From a virus (taxonomy: Duplodnaviria > Caudoviricetes), in the IMG/VR virus record IMGVR_UViG_3300049012_000004, positions 1-41,214 of that record: a DNA stretch of 41,214 nt; one strand, given 5' to 3'. A program made the position numbers and the translations under genes. Shown piece after piece: positions 27,491 through 34,871 of this stretch (positions within the stretch are counted from its first letter, which is position 1; every line of letters starts with the position of its first letter). The notes under the pieces are model-generated. The model did not search any database, was not told the origin of the DNA, and was given only the letters and a program-made list of their open reading frames with translations.

Positions 27491-27502
27491 CGCTCATTAA
27501 AA
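27491..27502 (+). promoter_or_regulatory. boxA-like antitermination site
   Basis: CGCTCATTAAAA directly after a GCTGA/TCAGC hairpin; compare boxA (C/T)GCTCTTTAACA. Confidence 0.5.
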
Positions 27503-27521
27503 GTTTAATCCGATATAACCA

Positions 27522-27600
27522 CCTTCAGGTGGGCGTACAGGTGACTGTATGCTCTCAGGACTAGGTACGGGGACAGGCCGATTATTCCCGCACCTGAAGG
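27522..27600 (+). ncRNA. Candidate three-way-junction RNA
   Basis: CCTTCAGGTG/CACCTGAAGG perfect 10-bp stem enclosing GGCGTACAG-GTGA-CTGTATGCT and CGGGGA/TTCCCG hairpins. Confidence 0.5.
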
Positions 27601-27641
27601 CCACGTGGAAAATTCCCTTGATTGGGTGAGTACTGTGGGGG

Positions 27642-27669
27642 TTGACAAACCGGATTAAACGTGTATAAT
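27642..27669 (+). promoter_or_regulatory. Host sigma70 promoter A3
   Basis: TTGACA-N16-TATAAT. Confidence 0.85.
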
Positions 27670-27734
27670 GGGCACCATGCTGAAGCGATTCAGCAAGTAT
27701 CCTAAAGGTGGCACTAGGAAAGTCATAGGCCCTA

Positions 27735-27746
27735 CGTTCTTTAACA
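27735..27746 (+). promoter_or_regulatory. boxA-like antitermination site
   Basis: CGTTCTTTAACA(ATTT), downstream of the GNRA hairpin GCTGAA-GCGA-TTCAGC (27679-27694). Confidence 0.7.
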
Positions 27747-27804
27747 ATTTGATAATGATGCGATTTTCTCTCACAAGGGGATGTCCTGCGGGTAACACTG
27801 CGGG

Positions 27805-27847
27805 GCAAACCCTGAGGGCTTACCATGGGTGGGTCTTCAGGGTTTGT
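27805..27847 (+). other. Long hairpin, putative RNase III processing site
   Basis: GCAAACCCTGAGGGCTTACC-ATG-GGTGGGTCTTCAGGGTTTGT, ~20 bp with G-U pairs. Confidence 0.65.
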
Positions 27848-27871
27848 TTAACAACCTGTGAGGTAATCAAA

Positions 27872-27949
27872 ATGACAAGTCTTGAACTGTACATAGCTGT
27901 GTGGTCTGTGGTCTCGTTTTACGTAGCCTACAAACTGTGGAGCATGTAA
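27872..27949 (+). CDS. 25-aa membrane micropeptide
   Basis: GAGGT RBS; MTSLELYIAVWSVVSFYVAYKLWSM. Confidence 0.6.
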   Translation: MTSLELYIAVWSVVSFYVAYKLWSM

Positions 27950-27951
27950 CC

Positions 27952-28137
27952 ATGAATAAATTCTTCCTGAAATTCGCACCCTTTACGGTTACAGTGTACT
28001 GGGGTCGTGACGTATTCACCCACAAAGCATGGTCCCTAAAGGGTGCCCTTGAGTGGGTACGCTGTTATCCCTTGGGGGCTGACTTGGTGGCCCGTAAGCG
28101 GGGGTCTCTGGTCCTTTACCGGGGGATGTCACTGTGA
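27952..28137 (+). CDS. Early hypothetical protein
   Basis: GGAG RBS before ATG 27952; coupled to the next gene by GTGA. Confidence 0.65.
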   Translation: MNKFFLKFAPFTVTVYWGRDVFTHKAWSLKGALEWVRCYPLGADLVARKRGSLVLYRGMSL

Positions 28138-28343
28138 AAACCTTCGAGAAAAATCAACAGGTAGTCTGTCAGAACCCTGAGGGGTACTCCCTCACTATGG
28201 GTAAACCCTACACTGTACTGTGGTACTGGCCCAGTGAGGGTTCCGACTTACCCGGCTTTACATGGCCTGCCTATGTGGATTTAATGGATGATAGGGGTAA
28301 AAAAGTAACCTGCCATGCTTCACGATTCAAACCGATAGATTGA
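28134..28343 (+). CDS. Early hypothetical protein (small SH3-like beta protein)
   Basis: GTGA overlap; QVVC...LT.GKPYTV...DDRG...HASRF. Confidence 0.7.
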   Translation: MKTFEKNQQVVCQNPEGYSLTMGKPYTVLWYWPSEGSDLPGFTWPAYVDLMDDRGKKVTCHASRFKPID

Positions 28344-28393
28344 CAACTCAGGCCCATTGTGTTACAGTGGGTCTCGGTGGTCGATTTGACCGA
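28340..28393 (+). promoter_or_regulatory. Intergenic module 1: sigma70-like promoter embedded in a long hairpin plus 17-nt repeat
   Basis: TTGACA-N17-TACAGT; GCCCATTGT/ACAGTGGGT stem; GTGGTCGATTTGACCGA at 28377-28393. Confidence 0.6.
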
Positions 28394-28413
28394 TAACCTG
28401 TGAGGATAACATC

Positions 28414-28944
28414 ATGACAACACAATTTGAATTTGACCGTGCCCGTGCTAACCTGCACCATTTCGTGCTGCGTACCGCCCGTAATGTGGCCCGTTCTGTG
28501 GGCTTCAGTTACGAGGAACGCGAGGATGCACCGGACACCCTGCAATCAATCCGCGAGGCTTTCCTGAAGTCCCGTAATGACCGCTCAGGGTTTCCAGTGT
28601 ATGCCGGGGCAAGTGATAAAACCATTTATTTGTCACCTGAGGGTAATTGGGCTTTCCGGTTCTGGCATGACATCCTGCATGTAATCCATGCGAGTAACAC
28701 CACATTCGAGGATGAGGTTAAGCTCGGGTGGCTCCACGTGCAGGCAGTCGAAAAGGAATTCGGCAAGGGTTCCCTTGAAGCTCGGATTATGGGCTGGGAT
28801 ACCGTGGGACAATCAGCATACCATGTAATGATGGGGAATTTCCCTGAAGACCAGCGTGAGTTTGTCTTCAATGCCCTGACTCGTGGTGCGAATCTCAACC
28901 AGTGGGCGGACATGGCCTACAATGGTCTGGAAGTCGAAGTTTAA
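28414..28944 (+). CDS. Early hypothetical protein with HDxxH motif
   Basis: GAGG RBS; NWAFRFWHDILH...F.DE...DTVGQ. Confidence 0.8.
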   Translation: MTTQFEFDRARANLHHFVLRTARNVARSVGFSYEEREDAPDTLQSIREAFLKSRNDRSGFPVYAGASDKTIYLSPEGNWAFRFWHDILHVIHASNTTFEDEVKLGWLHVQAVEKEFGKGSLEARIMGWDTVGQSAYHVMMGNFPEDQREFVFNALTRGANLNQWADMAYNGLEVEV

Positions 28945-28948
28945 CAGG

Positions 28949-28997
28949 TTGACAATCGTAGGGCCTCAAGGGGTCCTACAGTGGTCGATTTGACCGA
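28949..28997 (+). repeat. Intergenic module 2: hairpin plus 17-nt repeat
   Basis: TTGACAA, GTAGGGCCTC/GGGGTCCTAC stem, GTGGTCGATTTGACCGA at 28981-28997. Confidence 0.7.
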
Positions 28998-29015
28998 ATA
29001 TGTGAGGTATGAATA

Positions 29016-29654
29016 ATGGAATCAATCATAAAGTTTCACCGGAAGAACCCTGAAGTGGGGTCCTTGGGTAAGCCCAGCAAAATGCCGGGGTTTGCCTATG
29101 GCCTGAGCGCGTTCGACTGTAAAGTAGGGGCCAAACTCCGTGAGGTGGAAGGCTCCACGTGTAACAAGTGCTACGCAACCCGTGGGCACTACCTGTACGC
29201 CAACGTGAAGAAAGCACAAGCTGTCCGCCTTCACTCACTCGATGAGGCCCAATGGGTCCTTGCCATGGTGGAGAAAATCCGCGAGACAACAACGGGTTAC
29301 TTCAGGTGGCACGATAGCGGGGACCTGCAAAGTCTTCAGCACTTGTTTCAAATTGTGGCGGTGGCTGAGGCACTACCTGAAGTCAAATTCTGGATGCCTA
29401 CCCGTGAGAAAGCCATTGTGAACGAGTACCTGAGGACCTTCGGGGATTTCCCTGAGAATCTGACCGTGCGTGTATCTGCTGCCATGATTGGGGGTGAACC
29501 ACCTGCGGGTTTCCCTCAGACATCGACAGTACACAAGAAAACCATGGTACCTGTGGGCCACGTGTGTCCATCGAACATGAACGCTGGGAAGTGTGGCGAG
29601 TGTCGCGCTTGCTGGGATAAATCCGTGGATAACGTGTCGTATCCATACCACTGA
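29016..29654 (+). CDS. Gp88-like cysteine-rich (probable Fe-S) protein
   Basis: LGKPSKMPG, C-x13-CNKCYA, YFRWHDSGD, FWMPTRE, NLTVRVS, C-terminal CP...CGECRACW. Confidence 0.8.
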   Translation: MESIIKFHRKNPEVGSLGKPSKMPGFAYGLSAFDCKVGAKLREVEGSTCNKCYATRGHYLYANVKKAQAVRLHSLDEAQWVLAMVEKIRETTTGYFRWHDSGDLQSLQHLFQIVAVAEALPEVKFWMPTREKAIVNEYLRTFGDFPENLTVRVSAAMIGGEPPAGFPQTSTVHKKTMVPVGHVCPSNMNAGKCGECRACWDKSVDNVSYPYH

Positions 29655-29660
29655 TAGGGG

Positions 29661-29716
29661 TTGACAGCCAAGTGGGATTCGTGTAGAGTCTCACTTAACG
29701 GTCAATTCAGGCCGAT
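29661..29716 (+). promoter_or_regulatory. Intergenic module 3: sigma70-like promoter embedded in a hairpin
   Basis: GGGG-TTGACA-N17-TAGAGT; AAGTGGGATTC/GAGTCTCACTT stem closed by TTGAC/GTCAA. Confidence 0.65.
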
Positions 29717-29745
29717 TTTAAAACCGCCATTATAGGAGAAATACC

Positions 29746-30051
29746 ATGGCAAAGCGCGATTCTCACATCATTGACACTGTGCTGAACACCCTGAAGCAGG
29801 ACAGCATGACAAACCTTGAAGGTATGGTTCTGTGTGGTACAACCCGACTTGCTGCCCACGTGGAAAAGCTACGCAAAAAGGGCTACCTGATTCGTTCGGA
29901 GAACTTTGTGACCAAGCAAGGTATCCGACTGGCCCGATACAAGCGTGTGAAGTACCAAATGCAAGGCGATGCGCGGCCATATTGCACACCCGATAATGAA
30001 GGGAACTACAAACCTATCCCACAAGACACCTTGTTCACACGTTTAGCGTAA
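29746..30051 (+). CDS. Winged helix-turn-helix protein
   Basis: AGGAG RBS; MT.LE...GTTRLAAHVEKLRKKGYLI...ARY. Confidence 0.8.
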   Translation: MAKRDSHIIDTVLNTLKQDSMTNLEGMVLCGTTRLAAHVEKLRKKGYLIRSENFVTKQGIRLARYKRVKYQMQGDARPYCTPDNEGNYKPIPQDTLFTRLA

Positions 30052-30119
30052 TACTCCAATTCATGGGCCTTGCGGGGTCCATGGGTGGGCGTGTTGCCCG
30101 GTTTAAGATGAGGTGAATC

Positions 30120-30506
30120 ATGAAAGTATTCGTTTACAGGAACCTGCACCGGAAGTGCTTCAGCGTGAAGGCGTTGGAAGGCCCCAACAAGGGCCGGGTG
30201 GTGGCTTGGGTTGATGACATCACACTGTCCGGTGTGGTCTTCAAGGTTTCCAAGGCAGGCCGTGCTAGGGTTCTGGCTGAGGGCAAAAAGAATGTCCACG
30301 CTGGTGTGGCGGGTGAGTGGGTCCGCAATGAGGTGGTAGCACGTACCAAAGAAGCCCAGTACAATGAGGTCCTTCGCAAGTCATGGGCCACGTACAACCC
30401 CTACAAGTTTTCATCATTTGTTTTCTCGGATGACTTGTCACCTGTGACCACCGCCACGTATGCCCGTGTGAATCACCAAGGCATTGCCGTGTGGGGTGCA
30501 CAATGA
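30120..30506 (+). CDS. Conserved-type phage hypothetical protein
   Basis: GAGGTG RBS; VYRNLH..CFSVK...VSKAGRARVL.EGKKNVHA...YNPYK. Confidence 0.85.
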   Translation: MKVFVYRNLHRKCFSVKALEGPNKGRVVAWVDDITLSGVVFKVSKAGRARVLAEGKKNVHAGVAGEWVRNEVVARTKEAQYNEVLRKSWATYNPYKFSSFVFSDDLSPVTTATYARVNHQGIAVWGAQ

Positions 30507-30889
30507 TAGTCTACCGTGTTGAGGACCGTGAAGGTGAGGGTTTCTACCGCTCGTCTGATACCCCATGGGATGAACTGGGTGGTGGGTACCAGTCTGAACC
30601 ACGTCACCCGGCACCTTGGAGGGATGCACGACTGGCACCTGAGTGGAGCGGCTTGGAGGACCAAGAGGTACACCTTGAGTGGCACTTCGGGTTTACCAGC
30701 AAGGCTTCCCTGAAGCGGTGGTTCTGGCTGAAGGAAGACCGTGTTACAATGCACCGTGCTGGCCTGAGGGTGGCAGTGTATGAGGTACCCAAAGAATTTG
30801 TGAAGCGCGGTGCTGCCCAGTGTATTTTCCATGGGGATTATCACCGGGAGTGTCACAGGATTGAAGTGATTGATTTGGACAAGATATGA
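30503..30889 (+). CDS. Early hypothetical protein
   Basis: ATGA overlap; VYRVE...GFY...HPAP..D...FGF.S...L..WF. Confidence 0.8.
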   Translation: MIVYRVEDREGEGFYRSSDTPWDELGGGYQSEPRHPAPWRDARLAPEWSGLEDQEVHLEWHFGFTSKASLKRWFWLKEDRVTMHRAGLRVAVYEVPKEFVKRGAAQCIFHGDYHRECHRIEVIDLDKI

Positions 30890-30954
30890 GTTTGACAATT
30901 GTGGTGGTCTGCTGTATAGTGGGCCTTCTGGTTTGTTCTTTTTGGAGGAAGTAA
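30886..30954 (+). CDS. 22-aa membrane micropeptide
   Basis: MSLTIVVVCCIVGLLVCSFWRK; ATGA overlap upstream and TAATG overlap downstream. Confidence 0.6.
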   Translation: MSLTIVVVCCIVGLLVCSFWRK

Positions 30955-31199
30955 TGTTCCCAATTAAATTGTGCGGTGGTACAGTAACCACCAAGCGAGT
31001 GATGGTGAGGGTCAACGGGGTTACCCTGCTGGTTCGCATCCGTTGCTGGTCTAATCGCCCTGCCCGTGGGTACATCACGAGTATCAGCGGGTACGAGAAC
31101 GACACGGACCTGTCTGCTGTGCTGGACCGTGCTGTGATTCATTATATTGAAGACAAGGTGGGATACGCCTTACAACCTGAGGGGAATCTGAATGATTGA
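30954..31199 (+). CDS. Early hypothetical protein
   Basis: GGAGG RBS before ATG 30954. Confidence 0.7.
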   Translation: MFPIKLCGGTVTTKRVMVRVNGVTLLVRIRCWSNRPARGYITSISGYENDTDLSAVLDRAVIHYIEDKVGYALQPEGNLND

Positions 31200-31437
31200 G
31201 TTGAAGAAGGAAGAAGGTGTTCGCCTGTTTCGTATGCTTATGGAACTGGTGAACTACCAAAGAAACCATATCGACCAACTGGATGAGGCTGTTACAAACG
31301 CCATGCTGTTCAGTGAAGGGGAGGAGGATGACATATCCCAGCTTGAATATGAGGTGGAAATGTTACGGAAACAATTGACCGGACTCGGTGTTGAAATTGA
31401 ATTTGACAAGGAAGAAAAAAGTGTTGACGAGAACTGA
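31192..31437 (+). CDS. Acidic coiled-coil hypothetical protein
   Basis: GAGG RBS; heptad-like ISQLEYEVEMLRKQL. Confidence 0.7.
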   Translation: MIELKKEEGVRLFRMLMELVNYQRNHIDQLDEAVTNAMLFSEGEEDDISQLEYEVEMLRKQLTGLGVEIEFDKEEKSVDEN

Positions 31438-31639
31438 GCAGGCGGTGGTTGACCACTTCCTTGATGAGTACGATGAGGAAGACAACTTCCAGCAAGTCAT
31501 CTTCAAGGTGACAAACTGGGACAACTCAGTGGTGGTCAAGGATGACTACGATGAGTTCAAGAGACCTGAACTGGTCTCGATGATGTGGGATTACCGTGCT
31601 GGTCTTGAAGCTGCGGGGGTTCCTGATGGACCCAAATGA
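31421..31639 (+). CDS. Acidic hypothetical protein (start uncertain, GTG/TTG)
   Basis: Open frame with phage-like codon usage; AAGGA upstream. Confidence 0.6.
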   Translation: MLTRTEQAVVDHFLDEYDEEDNFQQVIFKVTNWDNSVVVKDDYDEFKRPELVSMMWDYRAGLEAAGVPDGPK

Positions 31640-31698
31640 TTACGCCGACTGGCTAGACTGGTTGGATTCTTTTTCTTTTAACCGTAAGGGGTGATGTG

Positions 31699-31809
31699 AT
31701 GCGATATGTGGTTGGTTACGTAGCGTGCTGTGTGTTACTTGTGGTTGCCAAGGTAGCCATGTTCACAGCGATTGTGGTGGGTGTTGCTTCTTGTCTGGGG
31801 GTTGTATGA
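31699..31809 (+). CDS. 36-aa membrane micropeptide
   Basis: GGGGTG RBS; MRYVVGYVACCVLLVVAKVAMFTAIVVGVASCLGVV; ATGA overlap with the next gene. Confidence 0.6.
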   Translation: MRYVVGYVACCVLLVVAKVAMFTAIVVGVASCLGVV

Positions 31810-32282
31810 GAAAGAGCACCTTGATGGGCTGGTCTCAGGAACAATGGGACCAAGCAAGTGATGAGTTCAAGAAGCGTTACAAAGTACCACCGAGAATTCG
31901 TGGTAGTATCTTGAACGCAATGTGTGGCGAACCCTCGGACGTACAACCGTACATTGACCTTCAAGTGTGGTGGGATACGAACTTCAGTTCACCACCACCA
32001 GATAGACCAGTTGTTAAACCAGTGGAGCAAAGCAAGATGAGTACAGAACGAGTGAACTTCGGATTCCCCTGCAAGGTTATCACCAAGGGTTGGACCTATG
32101 ACCCGATGACCATGCGGAAAGTGTATGAAATCAGGGTCCGTGTGGGTGAGGTAACCTTCGGTTCCAGACAAGTACTGGATACCCGAATGGCGGAGGATGC
32201 TTTTTTCATGAACGCCGTGGAACACCGCACGATTGAGAACCTAAAGCGTGAGGTGGTTGACAAACTGTTTCCAAACCTGTAA
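31806..32282 (+). CDS. Early hypothetical protein
   Basis: ATG 31806 coupled to the upstream micropeptide; 158 aa. Confidence 0.7.
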   Translation: MRKSTLMGWSQEQWDQASDEFKKRYKVPPRIRGSILNAMCGEPSDVQPYIDLQVWWDTNFSSPPPDRPVVKPVEQSKMSTERVNFGFPCKVITKGWTYDPMTMRKVYEIRVRVGEVTFGSRQVLDTRMAEDAFFMNAVEHRTIENLKREVVDKLFPNL

Positions 32283-32338
32283 ACTGTAGTTTCTGTAGTA
32301 CCCTGTTGTTTTTTACTAACGTTAATGAGGAAATGAAA

Positions 32339-32866
32339 ATGGACCGTATCACTTTAACCCGCGCCGAAGCTGTTGCCCTGCTGTTGTTGACTGGCCCCGG
32401 CGGTGCTGACCTGACCCGTAAGAACAAGGCTCCGGCCCTGAAGATGTTCCCTGAGTTGGCCCGTGTTCTGAACGAGACAACCCAGAAGGAAGTGGATGAT
32501 GCCTGTTACAACTTTGTCGAGAAGGTACGCACGCAACTGGTTCAGTTCAACGAGGGTATCATCAACCGGGAGCGTACCGAGCGTGAACGACAAGAGCGTG
32601 CCAAGCAGAACGACCTGTTCTACAAGAATGTGACTGGCCTGCTGAAGAAAGTAAACGACACCGTGTGGTTGACCGGGAAGGAAGGTCTCGACTTGGCATT
32701 GGCCCGTTACCCTGAGGCAGACATCCGGGAGAACCGCTTGGGAAAGCTGGAATACTTTGGTCGAAAGAGCATGAGCACTCCGCCAGTGCCCCGTGGTCCA
32801 GTGTCCGACAACTCGTTGAGTGAGTTGCTCAAGACCAAGCTACCGTACCCTCCCCTTGTGTTCTAA
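32339..32866 (+). CDS. Early hypothetical protein
   Basis: GAGG RBS 8 nt before ATG 32339; strong phage codon usage. Confidence 0.8.
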   Translation: MDRITLTRAEAVALLLLTGPGGADLTRKNKAPALKMFPELARVLNETTQKEVDDACYNFVEKVRTQLVQFNEGIINRERTERERQERAKQNDLFYKNVTGLLKKVNDTVWLTGKEGLDLALARYPEADIRENRLGKLEYFGRKSMSTPPVPRGPVSDNSLSELLKTKLPYPPLVF

Positions 32867-33032
32867 GTACAGGGTTGAGTATCACCTTCTCGATGACTTC
32901 GGGGAGGTGATACGGATTGTGAAGACGAAGTGGGAGGCCCTAGGTTGGTACAACAACGGGGGTCTCTATGACCGTAAGAAAGTTCCTGTCCCTGTGGTTG
33001 ACCACTCGGACCTACCTGATGCACCATTCTAA
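32820..33032 (+). CDS. Small hypothetical protein (start uncertain)
   Basis: YHLLDDFGEVIR and C-terminal DLPDAPF, typical of small phage proteins; fills the gap. Confidence 0.5.
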   Translation: MSCSRPSYRTLPLCSKYRVEYHLLDDFGEVIRIVKTKWEALGWYNNGGLYDRKKVPVPVVDHSDLPDAPF

Positions 33033-33042
33033 AGGATTGATT

Positions 33043-33381
33043 ATGAAAGACTTTTTGTTGAAGACTCTGGCGAAGACTATCGAAGTACCGGGTAAGGCAG
33101 TGGTATCCACCGCCAAGTTTGTATCCCCGTTCCTCATCAAGAACCAGTACATCCGTGAGTTGTACCGCAAGAACATTAACTTGTTCCGCTTGCACTTGGC
33201 CCTGTCCGTTCTGCTGTTGTCTGTACCCGTGGTTATCATCTGCCTGTGGGGTACGTTCCTCGGCGCAGTGGTTGCAATCAAGGACTTCCTTGTTGAGTTG
33301 ACTGAGGAACTGACCTACGAATTCAAGTCAGTCTACCGTCCAATCGTTCGTGGTTTCAAAGAGGGCCTACCACGTGACTGA
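33043..33381 (+). CDS. Membrane protein
   Basis: AAGGA RBS; long hydrophobic stretch LHLALSVLLLSVPVVIICLWGTFLGAVVAI. Confidence 0.75.
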   Translation: MKDFLLKTLAKTIEVPGKAVVSTAKFVSPFLIKNQYIRELYRKNINLFRLHLALSVLLLSVPVVIICLWGTFLGAVVAIKDFLVELTEELTYEFKSVYRPIVRGFKEGLPRD

Positions 33382-33562
33382 ACTTGAAGTGCTTCGGATT
33401 CGATACAACAATGCACGTGACACGATTGCGGAACTCAAGCAAGAACTGTCCGTGCTGTACTCAAAGGTGGCTTACTATGAAAGCATTAAAGGAACTGGTG
33501 ACGTTCATCAGCATTATGGTGGCACTGCTACTAGCACTGTCGGGCAAGGCCAACTCAAGTGA
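33374..33562 (+). CDS. Small coiled-coil protein
   Basis: GAGG RBS, GTG start; IAELKQELSVLYSKV; 3' part overlaps the next gene. Confidence 0.5.
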   Translation: MTELEVLRIRYNNARDTIAELKQELSVLYSKVAYYESIKGTGDVHQHYGGTATSTVGQGQLK

Positions 33563-33761
33563 CTCGGTTGACAAGGCACACTGTCTACCCACCGATGTGG
33601 TACGCACTACCATGGCTGAGGAACAGTTCAGGATGACCCGCATTGACTTCGATAGGGATTGGGCACTGGTTACCTACACCCGCTACAACGAGGTCGTACA
33701 GTGGGTGTTCCTGCCCTCTGGTAAGGCATGTTTGTTTCGTGAAAGATTAGGAGGAAGTTGA
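33477..33761 (+). CDS. Exported/periplasmic protein with signal peptide
   Basis: MKALKELVTFISIMVALLLALSGKANS signal-like N-terminus; two Cys; AAGGTGG RBS. Confidence 0.7.
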   Translation: MKALKELVTFISIMVALLLALSGKANSSDSVDKAHCLPTDVVRTTMAEEQFRMTRIDFDRDWALVTYTRYNEVVQWVFLPSGKACLFRERLGGS

Positions 33762-34309
33762 AGATGAATATAGTAAGTAAGCTACCCAGTATCATTGGTA
33801 TCTGCGGACCTGCCCGTGCTGGTAAGGACACAATTGCTTCAGTACTGGTTGGCAAGTTCGGTTACCAGAAGGACAGCTTCGCTGCACCACTACGTACCTT
33901 CGTGGCAAACCTGTGTGGTGTATCGCTGGCCCAGTTGGAAAACATCAAGGACTTCCCATCGGATGCCCTCGGTGGTAAGACCCCGCGCTACGCCATGCAG
34001 ACATTGGGCACTGAGTGGGGCCGCAAGATGCTGGCTGAGGACCTGTGGATTAACTACCTGATTCGCCGCTCGACTGGTCTTCGGATGGTGGTCCCGGACA
34101 TTCGGTTTGAGAACGAGGCGGAAGCCATTGTTAAAGCAGGTGGCGCTATCATCAAGGTGATTCGCCCCGGTGTTGAGATTGTGGAATCCACCCACGTGAG
34201 TGAGCGGGGTATTCCTGACAAGTACGTGGACCACTTCGTGTTGAACGACAAGGCCGAACAGGACTTGAAGAACTCGGTGGTTGACCTGATGTATTGTTTC
34301 TACGAATGA
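33758..34309 (+). CDS. Deoxynucleoside monophosphate kinase
   Basis: IIGICGPARAGKDT P-loop, SFAAPL, TPRYAMQTLGTEWGR, VPDIRFENE, HVSE. Confidence 0.93.
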   Translation: MKMNIVSKLPSIIGICGPARAGKDTIASVLVGKFGYQKDSFAAPLRTFVANLCGVSLAQLENIKDFPSDALGGKTPRYAMQTLGTEWGRKMLAEDLWINYLIRRSTGLRMVVPDIRFENEAEAIVKAGGAIIKVIRPGVEIVESTHVSERGIPDKYVDHFVLNDKAEQDLKNSVVDLMYCFYE

Positions 34310-34317
34310 GGTAGCTT

Positions 34318-34851
34318 ATGAAAGTCTTGAACTTTGTGGACCTGTTGGGTTCCAGCAAGATAGAACAGATGGACTGTGGTCTGATGGATGCCCAGATACA
34401 ACACGTGAGGGTCTGGGACAGGGGTGTGTATGACCGTATCAACGAATCATTCCCGAACAATCCACACCGCTACACGTTTGACATCAAGGTGCACATGCTG
34501 ATGCCCGGTCAGTACCCTTGCATACCCAACTGGCACTTCGACATGGTACCCCGTGATGGGCAGAACAAGGTACAGTTGGACAAGCGCAAGGACACACCGA
34601 TGTACCTGTGGTTGAGCAACGGTCCTTACACGGAGTTCAAGGCTGATGTGGGTGTGATACAGGTACCTAGTAAAACTTGGGTTGAGTTCACCCAGTTCGA
34701 TGAACACCGTGGTGTAGCCAGTACCGGGCACCAGTGGCGTATGTTCGTGAGGGCAGTACCAAAAGAATTCCGTGCACCAAAGAACCTTACCGAGTCAGCC
34801 TCAAGGCGGCACGCTCAGGTGTATCTGGATGCTTCAAACTTTAAATGGTGA
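34318..34851 (+). CDS. 2OG-Fe(II) oxygenase-like protein
   Basis: HMLMPGQYPCIPNWHFD (HxD), distal EHRG, and WRMFVR (2OG-binding Arg position). Confidence 0.65.
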   Translation: MKVLNFVDLLGSSKIEQMDCGLMDAQIQHVRVWDRGVYDRINESFPNNPHRYTFDIKVHMLMPGQYPCIPNWHFDMVPRDGQNKVQLDKRKDTPMYLWLSNGPYTEFKADVGVIQVPSKTWVEFTQFDEHRGVASTGHQWRMFVRAVPKEFRAPKNLTESASRRHAQVYLDASNFKW

Positions 34852-34852
34852 G

Positions 34853-34871
34853 GTGAGGTATGACACTTGGA
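34853..34871 (+). promoter_or_regulatory. Putative phage RNAP promoter
   Basis: GTGAGGTATGACACTTGGA. Confidence 0.7.

Noticed and set aside
27668-27871. 5' extension of the ORF 27668-27949
   Set aside because: Its ATG lies in the -10 box of promoter A3; the RBS-supported start is 27872
28949-28982. TTGACA at 28949 as a sigma70 promoter
   Set aside because: The nearest -10-like hexamer (TACAGT) is 22 nt away; better explained as a hairpin arm
28377-28997. 17-nt repeats as a CRISPR mini-array or att sites
   Set aside because: Only two exact copies, 600 nt apart and separated by a gene; no cas or integrase gene
29002-29020. GTGAGGTATGAATAATGG and other TGAGGT sites (15832, 27859, 30109, 34307) as phage promoters
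   Set aside because: They lack the GA(C/T)ACT core and sit at RBS distance from start codons, so they are treated as Shine-Dalgarno sites
31626-31694. 22-aa ORF MDPNDYADWLDWLDSFSFNRKG
   Set aside because: It fills the gap but has only a weak RBS and no other support, so it was left uncalled
31725-31805. Cys-rich N-terminus (CVTCGC...CGGCC) as a metal-binding domain
   Set aside because: It is an off-frame reading of the 31699-31809 micropeptide; the coupled ATG at 31806 is the likelier start
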